Source of the DNA: Felis catus
Taxonomy: Eukaryota
Assembly: GCF_018350175.1 (NCBI RefSeq)
Contig: NC_058368.1
Location: forward strand, 233,494,001 to 233,558,000
DNA: 64,000 bases
Direction of reading: 5' to 3'
Notes under the pieces: generated by a model
What the model was told of the DNA's origin: nothing
Seen by the model: only the letters and a program-made list of their open reading frames with translations
Database searches by the model: none
Part shown: piece by piece, positions 12,871-24,878 of the stretch
How the letters are laid out: each line of letters starts with the position of its first letter
How positions within the stretch are numbered: the first letter of the stretch is position 1
Made by a program: the position numbers and the translations under genes

Positions 12871-13029
12871 AACGGGTCTCTAAACACACATTTGGGGAAC
12901 CGAGAATTGGAACTTCCTCTTTGTGTTCCCAGGACATCACAGAACTGCTCAACTTGAATGCGCGTGCTGTGCTCTTAATTCAAGATTCCTTCCCCACTCC
13001 ACAGAGGGGTATCGGCCACCTTCCACATG

Positions 13030-13200
13030 CCAGTCCCAGTTCTAAGTGATCCGTAGGCATTATCTCACTTAATTCTCCCCAAAACCTAATAAGGGAGGTA
13101 TTATTATTCCCCATTTCTACAAAGAGGAAACTGAATGGCAAATGGGTGATGGGGTCAGGACTTAAACCCACGGAGGTGCCATCAATGGTCTGACCTGTTC
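13030..13200 (-). mobile_element. MIR
   Basis: MIR core ggtattattattccccatttctacaaagaggaaactga. Confidence 0.75.
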
Positions 13201-14179
13201 TTAGCCAGTTTCCTAAACTGCAGCCAGAGAAAAAGGGACAATCTGTAAGCAGGCAGAAGAACAAATAACAGCTTCAGCTAGCGACAGGGAGGGGACTGAT
13301 CCACATGGCAGGGTCTTAGTTGTGACTGATTCCATTTTCCCTCAGTGGGGTGAAATGGACCTTTTTCCTAACTGGGCTGAACGTGGAGTCTTAAACCCCA
13401 AAGCTTCATCAGTCTCCTACACCATCGACAGCCCTCAGCCTCTTCCCCCCCACCCACCCAGTCCGACCCCCGCCAGAGGCGTCCCCAGCGCAATGCTGGG
13501 GCACACAGCACATTACAGCTGAGATCAAAGGTTTTCTTTGGACAGGGAGGGAACTGAGAATTCTGGAAGAAACTGCTTGACATTTCTCTTGTGGACACAT
13601 GACTGAATCCCAAAACGAGCACTCACTTTTTCTGCCGTGGATGCAACCTAAGGAGCTGGAGGGGTGATCCAAGGACTCTACAGCACGGAAGTCGGCACTC
13701 ACATTTCTGCCTGTTTGTCTTAAAAAATACCCTGATGCCAGCCTCCAGAGGAAAGCCTCCAAGGACACAACCCTGCAGACAACACTCTTTAAATATCGTG
13801 CCCACCCTCAAACACAGATTGTCTCCTTGGGCACTGATGCGTTTCATACCAAGAGATGTGCCCATCATTCCCACACGACATCAGCTTTTCAGGGAAAGAA
13901 TAATAGATGAGGGAAGAGAGACAACAGAGTTGTGTTCATTCTCATTCCGCTAATCAAGAGATGTCCTAAGCTTCCTCCGATAAAATTTAAAGATGCGAGC
14001 AGCAAATCGTCCAGCAAAATCCTCGCCCGCAAAAAGGTGAAGGGCTGTCACGTCCTAGAATTCTGTGGAAAGTAACTCAAATGAAAGGACCGTGGTTCAG
14101 CCTCCAGAATAAAGGTATTCTTCTGGCTGAAGCTTGCTGGACGGCTAACTTGTCACATACCCGAGCTGTGGAATAATAG

Positions 14180-14262
14180 TTTTTATTATAACTATTAATA
14201 ATAAATAATAATATAATAAAAAATAATAAATAATAATAAGTAATAAACTATTAATAATAAAA
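14180..14262. repeat. (AAT)n-like low-complexity repeat
   Basis: Directly visible; aactattaataataaa occurs twice. Confidence 0.85.
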
Positions 14263-14496
14263 GCAGTAGTTTTTAAGCATTATCTTTGTCTTTAGAGAAT
14301 GCATTCGGCATTTCCAGCAACAGACTGGGAGATTTCCTCCCAGGGACTCCCCCAACTATGGTCCACTAACAGTCCTGTCTTTCGAGAGAATCGCATCACA
14401 TGTTAGCTAAAAACAGCGACTCTTGTTCGAGATCTCCTATTTACAGACACCTGACAAAAATATGGCTTGGGGATTCCATAATTTAAGAAACCTTGA

Positions 14497-14718
14497 GGGG
14501 CGCCTGAGTAGCTCAGTCGGTTAAGGGTCTGACTTTGGCTCAGCTCATGATCTCATGGTTCATGGGTTCAAGCCCCGCATTGGGCTGAGCTGTGTGCTGA
14601 CAGCTCAGAGCCTGCTTGGGATTCTCTCTCTCCCTCTCTCCCTCTCTCCCTCTGCCCCTCCCCCGCTCATGGTCTGTCTCTGTCTCTCAAAAATGAATAA
14701 ATGTCAAAAAAATTTAAG
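14497..14718 (+). mobile_element. Can-SINE
   Basis: ggggcgcctgagtagctcagtcggttaag head, (CT)n, tail. Confidence 0.92.
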
Positions 14719-14876
14719 AAAAACACCTTGTAATAGATCTCACTGCAAGTTACATGTGATGATAACTCAGGTTTAAATCGGACACGTAAGGTGGCAGGAC
14801 ACCTTGACTTAGTGTGCTTCCTAACTCATCAATTCTGAGCATATATGTTCTTAAGAACTTATCAAAGTTTTAAGTT

Positions 14877-15130
14877 CAGAGGAAGCAAACTGGCCGCCTG
14901 TGGGCTGAGCCTGGCCCGGCAGACGAGCTCTGATCGGCTTACAGAGGGCACAGATGGCGTGCGCATGTGTGCGTGCGTGCAGGTGAAGGAATTCGAACAC
15001 CTCCAGGTAGGGCCTGTGGTTTCACTATATACCTGTACCTTATTGGCACTGTGGCTGCACAGCGTTTGGCGGTGGGGGCTGTCTGTGCACGTCCTGTGCA
15101 CGATGGAATGCTTAACAGCATTCACCCTGC
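14877..15130 (+). mobile_element. hAT-family MITE (MER102-like)
   Basis: Start cagaggaagcaaactggccgcctgtgggctgagcctggccc resembles hAT MITE termini; ends caccctg. Confidence 0.4.
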
Positions 15131-15329
15131 AGACGGAGACTAGACTCTAGTCGCTCCTGCTCCGTGAAATAGCAGAAGAGCCCCCCTCCCTGTCTCCAGC
15201 CACTGCCAAATGCTCCCTCGTGGGGAGTGGGGAGGAGGCTGGAACTTTCCCCTGGTTGAGAACCATTGCTCCGAACTGTGAGGCTTTCCCTGCGGACCTC
15301 TAACCTGACTACTTTTCCCCTACTGCCCC

Positions 15330-16515
15330 TGGCCTTCATTTCCTTCCATTCCTTCCCGTTTTAGACTCTGTGGTCCATCACTTCAATTGCTCGGCCCCAT
15401 CCTTCCAGCACGAAGAGCACAGCTCTCTAGGGCATCCCTCGGAAGGACACCATGACTTCTGCTCACGTGCCATTGGCCAGAGGTCGTTGTAAGGCTGGAC
15501 ACCCCTCTCAGGGACGCTGGGGCTTATCTTTATTCAGGGTGGCATGTGCCCTGCTAGAAAGATCCTCTTACTTGGCAAGGACGGAATGGGAATTGGGAGA
15601 AAAAACAGTGGTCTGTGCAGGGAACATAAATGCAGTTATTTCCAAAACAGAAACCATCCCCTCCACTCCTGGGACTATCCCTCCCCTGATAACCTTAGTC
15701 CAGGTACAAGGCGACCGACCATGCAGAAACCTGCTCTCGTCCTTGGATACTCTTTCCCTGTTCCCTTGAAGCAGCGTCCTTCCTTCACACTATGTACAGA
15801 ACTTGCCCCTTTTCCTTGATCTAATGCTATCCCCCCCCAACCCCGTTCTCGGCCACCACAGCCACCCATGTGATGAGTGGATCACCTCCTAACTGGGCTT
15901 CCTGCCTCCTGTCCCCCCATCACACTTTCTCTTCTGTAGCAGGGACCTTTCTAAAGTGGGAGGCAACCAAATCAGGTGAGTCCCAGCTCTGTGCATTTCT
16001 TCTGACAAAGTCCAGACTCTCCGGTTTGTTCCATGATATGCTACACCCCCATGAACCCCACCTCCATGATTTCTTCCTCCTGTGTCTCCAGAGCCCAGAC
16101 AGAACTTCATACAGCCCCGGTCCCACGCTGCACTCACCTCCTCCCTGGAGAGCACAGTCCCTTGTGACCTGGATCCCTGGCTCCATCACAAGGCTCCCCT
16201 CCACACCCCCTTCCTTCACTAGGGCCATCTCTGCCAATCCTTCAGTCAAGCCTCGAACTGCACACCTCCTCCATCGCTTCCTCCCTGAGAGCACCCTGTG
16301 TGCGCTCACCGCTCCCCAGTGGGTCAGGCATCGCGTGCTGTTCTGACAGCCAACATCCAGCCTCAAACTCGGCTGGATCACCTGTTGATCCTCCTGCCCG
16401 AGGCTGTGGGTGTCGGTGTGCCCAAACTGTGTTCTCTTCAGTATCACATCCTCATACGGAACACAGAGCTGACACCCAGTAGACACTCGATAAACACGTG
16501 TCAGATACAGGAAGG
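15330..16515 (+). mobile_element. Degenerate L2 fragments
   Basis: L2 motifs cctcctaactgggcttcctgcctcc...ctttctaaa and terminal acagagctgacacccagtagacactcgataaacac. Confidence 0.6.
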
Positions 16516-16839
16516 AGGGCAAGGATGTACGACTAACATCTCGTTACACTCTAACGCCGATTTCCTCTGAGCTGTACATGAAATGGTCTGGGGTTTCAGG
16601 GAGGAGAACAGCCTGGCCTCAGCTCCGTCACTCGCAAAGTGGGCAGCGGGCGAACTCCTTGGGCTATGGATGTCCTTGCAGCCTGACAGGTGTCTGGGTA
16701 TATTTCTGCTGTCATTTCCACCTTCTAGGTTTCTTCCGAAGGTGTCAGAAAGAAATAGAAAGACATCCTTGAGGGTGACAGCAGAGGAGAAATACATTGT
16801 GATTTTTTTTTTTTTGGTAATTTTTAAAAACCCGTGCTT

Positions 16840-17334
16840 TAGGGGCACTTGTGCCCCAATGTTTATAGCAGCACTCTCAACAATAGCCAAATTATGGAAA
16901 GAGCCTAAATGTCCATCAACTGATGAATGGATAAAGAAATTGTGGTTTATATACACAATGGAATATTACGTGGCAATGAGAAAAAATGAAATATGGCCTT
17001 TTGTAGCAACGTGGATGGAACTGGAGAGTGTGATGCTAAGTGAAATAAGCCATACAGAGAAAGACAGATACCATATGGTTTCACTCTTATGTGGATCCTG
17101 AGAAACTTAACAGAAACCCATGGGGGAAGGGTAGGAAAAAAAAAAAAAGAGGTTAGAGTGGGAGACAGCCAAAGCATAAGAGACTCTTAAAGACTGAGAA
17201 CAAACTGAGGGTTGATGGGGGGTGGGAGGGAGGGGAGTGTGGGTGAAGGGCATCGAGGAGGGCACATGTTGGGATGAGCACTGGGTGTTGTATGGAAACC
17301 AATTTGACAATAAATTTCATATATTGAAAAAAAC
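16840..17334 (+). mobile_element. 5'-truncated carnivore/feline L1 (ORF2 C-terminus plus 3' UTR)
   Basis: Encodes RGTCAPMFIAALSTIAKLWKEPKCPSTDEWIKKLW...DRYHMVSLLCGS*; G-rich 3' UTR, aataaa and A tail; TSD aaacc(c/t)gtgctt at 16828-16839 and 17335-17346. Confidence 0.95.
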
Positions 17335-18162
17335 AAACCTGTGCTTCTCTGCACTAAAAGAAATGATGGGAGAGTATATATAATATATATAACATAATAA
17401 ATATACATATGTATATTATACATGTGTGCAATCCACGTGTATATAGATCTATGCCTACAGATGTCTACACCCCTATGGATACAGATAACACAGCTACCTT
17501 CTGATTGTGTCACTGCGCACAGGGGCTGGTGTGAACGCACAGATGACTGGTGCAGTTGTGGGGAACGAAGGGCAGTTATATCCTTTCATATATATTTCCT
17601 TAAGACGTGCTGCGATCTGATCTTTCCAGAGCTGATGGAGCAGCATGCCATGTTATGATTCTGCAGGGAGAAGGCGGGTGCTCATGTAAATTACTTGGGC
17701 CAAGGCTCATCCCATCCCTGACTCCTGCACTTGATAGAAGGTGCACAGCCCAGAAGGGGGGGGGGCATGGAGAGAGAGGAGGGGTGAATAACGCATGAAA
17801 GGCAGTGCTGCCGAAGTGCAAAGAGGGCAGGCTTCCATCCAGGAGCAAAAACTGAGATCGGGGTGGGAATGAAAATCACGGCTGATGAGAAGAGAGGTTA
17901 TGTTACATTCAACAATCTTTATTGACCAACGTGAATAACAACATCAGCAGATATAAGTTTGGGAATTCTCAACTTCGTCATGCCAAGGAAAGTGTTTGTG
18001 AGACAGTGAACAGACTTTTAAGAGCACTGAACTGACATGTGGCCTCTGATAAAATACTGGATCCTATGCAGCAGTTTCCAAGGAAAAGAGCATGTTACCC
18101 TCACCGCCTCTGGGTCCATGCTGACCTGAGCTCACGCCCGGTTTGGATCAGGAATATATTTC

Positions 18163-18800
18163 AGTTATCTATTGCCGCCAAATGAATCGCCCCAAAACTT
18201 TAGAATAATGCTGCATTTTTTTCTCGTCATGATCCTGTGGACTGGCTGGGCGGTTCCTCTGTGGTTTTGCTGTGGGCCAGTCACATGCCTGTGCTCCACG
18301 GCAGGGCTGCTGGCGGGAAAGCCCAGCGTGTTCCCAGCTGGCAGGTGCCTGGGCCTCGGCTCTCCTCCGCATGGCCACTCGGCCACTCATACTCTGTTAG
18401 GCTGGACTGGCTTCTTTTTTAAATGTATTTATTTATTTTTGGTAGAGAAAGAGACAGGACATGAGTGGGGGAGGGGCAGAGAGAGAGGGAGACGCAGAAT
18501 CCGAAGCAGGCTCCAGGCTCCGAGCGGTCAGCACAGAGCCCGACGTGGGGCTTGAACTCACGGACTGCGAGATCATGACCTGAGCCGAAGTCAGATCCTC
18601 AACTGACTGAGCCACCCAGGCGCCCCAGGCTGGGCTGGCTTCTTAATGGTAATCTCAGAGCAGCAGTCCCCAAAAACGAGAGGGGCCTTTCTGGGCCTCA
18701 GAAGGCCCGTGCTCTAGAAGTCACACAGCCTGACATCCCCATGTTCTATTAGAAAAAATGAGGGACGAACCTATCCTGATTCGAGGGATGGGGGGTGGAG
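18163..18800 (-). mobile_element. Old MLT1-type LTR interrupted by a SINE
   Basis: agttatctattgccgcc...cccaaaactt terminus; ctagaagtcacacagcctgacatccccatgttctatt after the SINE. Confidence 0.55.
18416..18626 (-). mobile_element. Can-SINE
   Basis: Full SINE; TSD aggctgg(a/g)ctggcttct at 18399-18415 and 18627-18643. Confidence 0.94.
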
Positions 18801-19114
18801 GGGAATACGGTGGTGGTTTTCATTGGACACAGCTGGAGGACAGAGGCTGCCAACGTTCATGGATCCAGAGGTTAAACAATTCCACAGGCCCTCGCCACGA
18901 GCAACCCCGCAGCCCAGGTTCGATCAACGCCTCCCCCATCTTGGATCCCAACCTGACTTTGCATGAACACGCCTGCTGTCCAGCTCTACACACAACTTCT
19001 GTCTCTTCTCGTTCTTCTGCAAACACTCGCTCCAGGCTGGACTTTCCTGCCTGAGGGGAAGCCCTGGGAGGGCTGGCCCTCCGTGAGGAAATGAGGTGAA
19101 TGCTATTTCACTTC

Positions 19115-19293
19115 TTTTTTTAACCTTTATTCATTCTTGAGGGACAGAGAAAGACAGAGTGTGAGCAGGGGAGGGGCAGAGAGAGAGGGAGACACAGAAT
19201 CCGAAACAGGTTCCAGGCTCCGAGCTGTCAGCACAGCCCGACATGGGGCTTGAACTCACAAACCGTGAGATCATAACCTGAGCTGAAGTCGGG
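19115..19293 (-). mobile_element. Can-SINE lacking its first ~30 nt
   Basis: SINE body ends at gagctgaagtcggg and abuts the tail of the next SINE. Confidence 0.9.
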
Positions 19294-19507
19294 TTTTTTT
19301 TTTTAAGTTTACATATTTATTTGGAGGGAGCATGAGTGAGTGCGAGCAAGGCGAAGGGAGAGAGAGGGAGACAGAGAGCATCCCAAGCAGTATTCTCGCT
19401 GTCAGTGCACGGCCTGACTCAGGGCTCGATCCTGTGAACCGTGAGGTCATGATCTGAGTCCACATTAAGAGTTGGATGCTTAACTGACTGAGCCACACAG
19501 GAGCCCT
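19294..19507 (-). mobile_element. Can-SINE
   Basis: Full head (gagccacacaggagccc), body and T-tract. Confidence 0.9.
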
Positions 19508-19519
19508 GATGCTACTCCA

Positions 19520-19528
19520 TTTCTTTCT

Positions 19529-19603
<75 letters not shown>

Positions 19604-19668
19604 TTCCTTCCTTCCTTCCTTCCTTCCTTCCTTCCTTCCTTCCTTCCTTCCTTCCTTCCTTCCTTCCT
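19520..19668. repeat. Compound (CTTT)n(CT)n(CCTT)n microsatellite in a SINE tail
   Basis: Directly visible. Confidence 0.96.
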
Positions 19669-19847
19669 TAAATTTTAGAGAGAGAGTGTGAGCAGGGGAG
19701 GGGCGGAGAGAAAGAGGGAGAGAGAGAATCCCAAGCCAGCCCCACGCTCAGCACAGAGCCTGACACGAGGCTCGGTCTCATGACCGTGAGATTCTGAGCT
19801 GAAATCAAGAACAGGACGCTTACCCGACTGAAACCACCCAGGTGCGC
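19669..19847 (-). mobile_element. Can-SINE
   Basis: gagagagaatcccaagc body; head aaaccacccaggtgcgc. Confidence 0.88.
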
Positions 19848-20538
19848 AATGCCACTTCATTTCGATCGCTATGTTCCCATTTTGGTTTTGACCTCAAATC
19901 AACCCTCAGCCAGTAATTCTTAGAAATGCCTTGAAACAAATAAGACAGACAATGGAAATTAAGCAGCTGTCTATAAATGCAGTGAATCACCTTCAATTTA
20001 TTTTAAGATTGTTTTAGACATCAATTTGTAGGATTTAGCTCAGAAAAAGTGGGGGTTTTAAAAATTAGTGTTGACTTCTTGTCAAGGAAATAAAAATAAA
20101 CAAAAATTGGATAGGATTGAGGAGATTTCTTTTAATAACCAATTCTGAAAGGGAGAAAAATCAGTGAAATGGTATTCAGATACATGTCCTGATTCGCTCT
20201 GAAGTGGTCCACTGAAGTGTCTGTGCATGTTCTGTTCTATGTTCAGTGATTTTACGAAAATGCTTTTCTGGTAGCTGATAAAAACACACAACACCACCCT
20301 ACCCCAAACAAGATGTTCTTCGCATATAATATATGCAATTACGATTGGGCAGAATATCTGCAAAAGAAGCACCCAAACTTTCAATTCAGTTGACGGACTT
20401 TAAGCTTCTCACTCCATGTGGATTCACAATTGAGAAACTCCCATAAAACAAGATGTTGGATTCTCAGTCATGCTTTTTCTAATGTTGTAAAACTATGGGA
20501 AAAAACAACAACTGGGGTTTAAAGTCCCATGCATTTAC

Positions 20539-20830
20539 GAGGCTCCTGGGTGGCCCAGTCCGTTAAATGCCTGACTCTTGATTTCGGCTCAGGTCATGAT
20601 CTCATGGTTCATGAGACTGAGCCCCGCTTCAGGCTCTGCCCTGAGCATCGTTCACGAGATCGAGCCCCGCTTCGGGCTCTGCCCTGTGCATCGTTCACGA
20701 GATTGAGCCCCGCTTCGGGCTCTGCCCTGAGCATGGAGCCTGCTTGGGATTCTCTTCCTCTCTCTAGCCACGGAGTGCAAATGAGTGCTCTCTCGCTCTC
20801 TCTCTCAAAAGTAAAAAATAAATTTAAAAA
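20539..20830 (+). mobile_element. Can-SINE with internal 43-bp triplication
   Basis: SINE head, three units starting at 20607, 20650 and 20693, then normal body and tail. Confidence 0.92.
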
Positions 20831-22287
20831 GTACCATACATTTAAAAAGTGAAACAGAATTATCTATTAACTTTTAAAATAACGATTTCCACAAGATCAT
20901 AATAATAGATACTTCCAAATATTCCGCTGCAGCTGAGTGGTTCATCCATAGGATTATGCACCTGCCGGCTGTAACTTGCTAATGGCACCCAGGCGACATC
21001 AAAAACAGTACTAACGATATGAAATTACCTAGTGAACTCACCTATCCCTCCTTCAAGTCTAAACTTGTCCAAAATATTCGTGATCCCATCCAGTCCCCCT
21101 ACACGACTTGCTGCCATTTTATTCATAACGTTGCAGAGCGATGGGTATGCTGAGGGTCCCCTGCACACTCTCTCCTATTACACTCCGTGTTTTCTTTTGT
21201 CCCTACTTCTCCTTTAAGATCTGCCCTTGTTCCTCATCTTAAATGGGAAGAGAAAAGCCCCTCCCGAATGGGGCTGCTGTAGGATTAAAGGAACAAATGT
21301 TTATAAAGGGCTTAGAACAATGCCTGGCACTCAGAAAACCCGGACACATCAGCCTCAGTGATGGCAAAGTCTCCTTTGACTAGTACAAACCCACACGCAT
21401 GTTCTTTTGTCTGAATTAGGATTTCATAGTCAGATTACTGATTGTGCCCACTATCATTAATTAGTCCCTAGCTCTCTCACTTAACATTGTTGTCCCCAGT
21501 TATGGTCTAAATGACTTTGGCAGGGGTGGGGGGAGCGGAATGAGCACAGATGATGCATTTTATTTACATATCCGTTGCAATTCTAGATGTCTATTACACT
21601 TATCAAATGATCAGTAATTAGGATTGCATTTGTTGATGCCTATAAGTAGATGAATAAGATAGGGGCCAAATTTAGGTGTCATATTAAAACTAGCATAGGG
21701 CAGAACTTCCCTCCCACATTACTGAATAAAATCGGCCACCATTTATAAAAAGCAACAAAGAAAATTCGCCAACTGCAGCAATGACACACAAAAAAGGGCA
21801 TGTTCCCATATCACGAACTCCAAAACCAACGGCCAAGAAGAGAAAGCAAAGATTCCAGAACTGAGCACGAGGTGGGGTAGGCTTGGATCTTAACCCTGCC
21901 CACCCTTCCAAGTAGTCTCATGGAGGAGACAAAGCCTAGCCAATTCCTACTAGTGTGCACAAAGCAGAAGAGGGGCAAACTAACAGTCACGGAGATCACG
22001 GCGTGGTGGGAATGGTGTGATGTACCACCTCCTTTAAAGGGTGCTCCTTCTAGATCCCAAATAACCTAGGAAAAATCCCCACCACCTCCATAACTGATAC
22101 TAGCGGGAAGGAGGAGAGAACAGTGGGGCAATCCAATACCACAGTCGGGGGCAGTTGGAGACCAACGTATGGAGATGCGGATATAACCTTAGGGTCCCTG
22201 CAAGGGATGGAAAGAATCCAAGGAGCAGTCCTTCCTCCTAACTTGTCCTGCATGGGACAGATGAGGTGTGAAGAATCAAGGGTGCAT

Positions 22288-22451
22288 GGGGCGCCTGGGT
22301 GGCTCACTCGGTTAAGGGCCCAGCTCTTGGTTCCGGCTCAGGCCATGATCTCATCCTTCACGGGATCTACCCCACACTGGGCTTGCGGTGACAGCATGGT
22401 GCCTACTTGGGACACTTGCTGTCTCTGTCTCTGTCTCTCTCTGTCCCTCCC
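22288..22451 (+). mobile_element. Can-SINE without an A tail
   Basis: ggggcgcctgggtggctcactcggttaag head; ends in the CT tract. Confidence 0.85.
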
Positions 22452-22647
22452 CAGGAAGAGCCACTTTATGGCTTTTATTGTAAAGTCCAGCATGTTGAGT
22501 AACATCTGAGACAGACCACAGAAGTAGTAAAACAGTGCCCTTTAGTAGAAGGATATCCCTCTATTGTTCTCATTTCAGTCGTCAGCGACAGTTGTAGTGT
22601 GTCTGCTATGCCTCTAAGTATGATTTCCAAGAGAAGTTTCTCTACAC

Positions 22648-22983
22648 CAGATGTCCTCAAACTGCAGCCTAAGGGCCAAGTCGCATCCACCCACCATCTG
22701 CTTCGGAAAGCCCTCTGAAGCTAAGAAGGTTTTCTATGTGGCTAAATGATTCTTTTCACCAAAAGGAAATACTTCCTGACACACGAAAACTATGTGAAAT
22801 TAAAGTTTCAGTTCCCATTAGTAAAGTATTGGCACGGGGGTGCGCTCATCCGTGTGCGCGTCGTGGCCGCATTCCCACTGCGATGGCAGCGGTGAGTGGT
22901 TTTGACAGAGAGAGACGGTGTGGAGCACAGCGCCCGAGCTGTTGATTTCTTGGCCCTTCGTGGAAAGAGTCTGCCAGCCCCTG
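22648..22983 (+). mobile_element. hAT-Charlie MITE (MER58B-like)
   Basis: cag...aaactgcagcctaagggccaagtc start; gaaaactatgtgaaattaaagtttcag; end tggcccttcgtggaaagagtctgccagcccctg. Confidence 0.75.
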
Positions 22984-23274
22984 CTCCACGCTCTGGTGGA
23001 GGCTCGATGTCGTGTGCTGCTTCCGCCCCATGTTATGATCCCCCCTGCCTCCCCATGAGGCCGCGATGCTTGCATCCCACACCTCCACGGAGGGGATGGC
23101 TCCGTGCCAGGTGGCAAGCCTGGGAAGCTGCCCAGGAGTCATTCCTGCTGCATCGTTTAGGTGCACCTGGGCGACAGGGACGCAGAGAAGATGGCAACGT
23201 GGGGGACAGGATGGGGACAGAAGAGACAGGGAAGTATTTAAGGACGTGAGAAGACACTTAAACAAGCAGCAAGT

Positions 23275-23483
23275 GGGGCGTCTGGGGGGGCTCAGCCAGT
23301 TAAGCCTCGGACTCCTGATTTTGGCTCAGGTCACGATCTCGTGGTTTGTGGGTTCGAGCCTTGTGTTGGACTCTGTGCTGACAGTGCAGAGCCTGCTTGG
23401 GAGGCTCACTCTCCCTCCTCTCTGCCTCTCCCGCACTCTATCTCTTTCTCTTTCTCTCTCAACATACATACGTTTTTAAAAAA
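23275..23483 (+). mobile_element. Can-SINE
   Basis: Head, body and tail; TSD aagcagcaagtg. Confidence 0.9.
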
Positions 23484-23641
23484 AGCAGCAAGTGAAGCAT
23501 CGGAGATGAAGGGGCAGCACGGAGAAGCCTGAGAGAGAACGATCAGGGGGACGTCCGGCTGCCCTTGGATCCGTGGCAGACGCAGGGAAGCCTGTGCATC
23601 ACCACCTCTTTTTTCTCTGTGCTGCCGACGAAGGACGCCTT

Positions 23642-23997
23642 CAGTTAGGGGCTGAACCGTGCCCCCCAAATTCATGTTGAAGCTACAGCCTCCAGTGCCC
23701 AGGACTTAGAGATGGGGTCTTCAAAGAAGGGGTTAAGTGAAATTGAGGTTAAGTGGCATTAATCTGGCGTGACTGGTGTCTTTCTAAGAAGAGGAGGTTC
23801 TCTCTCTCACGCACAGCGAGGAAGCCACGGGAAAAGGCTCAGCATCGGCAAGCCAAGGAGAGAGGCCTCAGGAGAAACCGATGCTGGGCAACCTTGATCT
23901 TGGATTTCTAGCCTCTGGAAGTGGGGAAACGTGTTTGTGCCGGTTCAGCCGCCCAGGCCGCGGTGCTTTGTGACGGCAGCCCTAGCACGTGAAGACA
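23642..23997 (+). mobile_element. MLT1 (MLT1B-like) solo LTR
   Basis: gggctgaaccgtgccccccaaattcatgttgaag...gccaaggagagaggcctcaggagaaacc...cttgatcttggatttctagcctc...gcagccctagca...gaca. Confidence 0.85.
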
Positions 23998-24314
23998 GTG
24001 TCGTCCGGCCACGTGGGCTGGCCCACCTCTGCAGCTGTGCTTCTCCAGTCCCGCCCCCAACCCCGAGGACCTGAGCAGACACACGCCACGCAGGCTGGCA
24101 AGTCTCTTCCTTCGCTCGGCACAAAAGAGCCTGCCTACGCTTCTGTCTATACCATAGGGTGATTCCCCAGGGCTTGTGAGATCCACTGCCCCCCAGAGAA
24201 CCGGAAGTATATTGGGATTTTATCAGCCTACTTTCTCTATTCACGTTTTTAGGTGAAACAACACATGAGGCGCATGCAACGCAACTGACAGGCAACAAAG
24301 TGGGATGCCCAAGG

Positions 24315-24523
24315 TGGGCGTTCTCCCCCCTCAGCACCGACACCTGCAGCTCGATCCTTTCGGTTGTGCGACTGCCCTGTGCACTGAAAGATGTTCAGCA
24401 GCGCCCCTGCCGTCTGTCCACCATGTGCTAATAGCATCCTCCGAGTGTGACAGCCGACGATGTCTCCAGGCACTGCCACGTACCCTTCGGAGGGAACAGA
24501 ATTGTCCCCGGTTTCAACCACTG
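24315..24523 (+). mobile_element. MER20 (hAT-Charlie MITE)
   Basis: ctgccctgtgcactgaaagatgttcagcagc...gatgtctccaggcactgcca...caaccactg. Confidence 0.75.
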
Positions 24524-24774
24524 GTGTAGAGTGAGGCTGCCCAGCAGAGACAGTGAGCAGGAGGTGAACGATCAGAAAAAAGCTGTGGCCTGACGGTCCG
24601 TCGTAGCCAGAGAGGCTCACAGGTGAAGCCACAAAGAGAAGACACCAGGGAAGTGGCCACACCCTAAAGGATGCTCTGTTGTTCCCGAGACGTGTCCATG
24701 CGGCCACTGGGACTTGTTCTGGGCTTCGTACCCACCTTGGTAACCTACATCCTCTAGGTACTTAAGTATCCTTC

Positions 24775-24878
24775 TCTTTTTTTTCTAAGATTTTTTTTAA
24801 AATTTAGTTTGAGAGAGAGAGAGAATTTAGTTTGAGAGAGAGAGAGAGAGAGAGAGTGTGTGTGTGTGTGTGTGTGTG
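24775..24878. repeat. Orphan SINE-tail-like T-tract/(GA)n with 23-bp tandem duplication, followed by (TG)n
   Basis: aatttagtttgagagagagagag at 24801 and 24824. Confidence 0.8.

Noticed and set aside
15870..16522. Overlapping 158-aa and 200-aa ORFs
   Set aside because: They lie in GC-rich decayed L2 sequence, with no protein resemblance.
16583..17101. 172-aa ORF fusing unique sequence in frame to the L1 ORF2 C-terminus
   Set aside because: Chance in-frame junction at a 5'-truncated L1 insertion; no promoter or splice evidence.
20607..20734. CRISPR-like array
   Set aside because: Contiguous tandem units without spacers, inside a SINE in mammalian DNA; no cas genes.
22800..24720. CpG-island promoter
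   Set aside because: The CpG-rich stretch is mostly MER58, SINE, MLT1 and MER20 sequence, and moderate CpG retention is widespread in this window.
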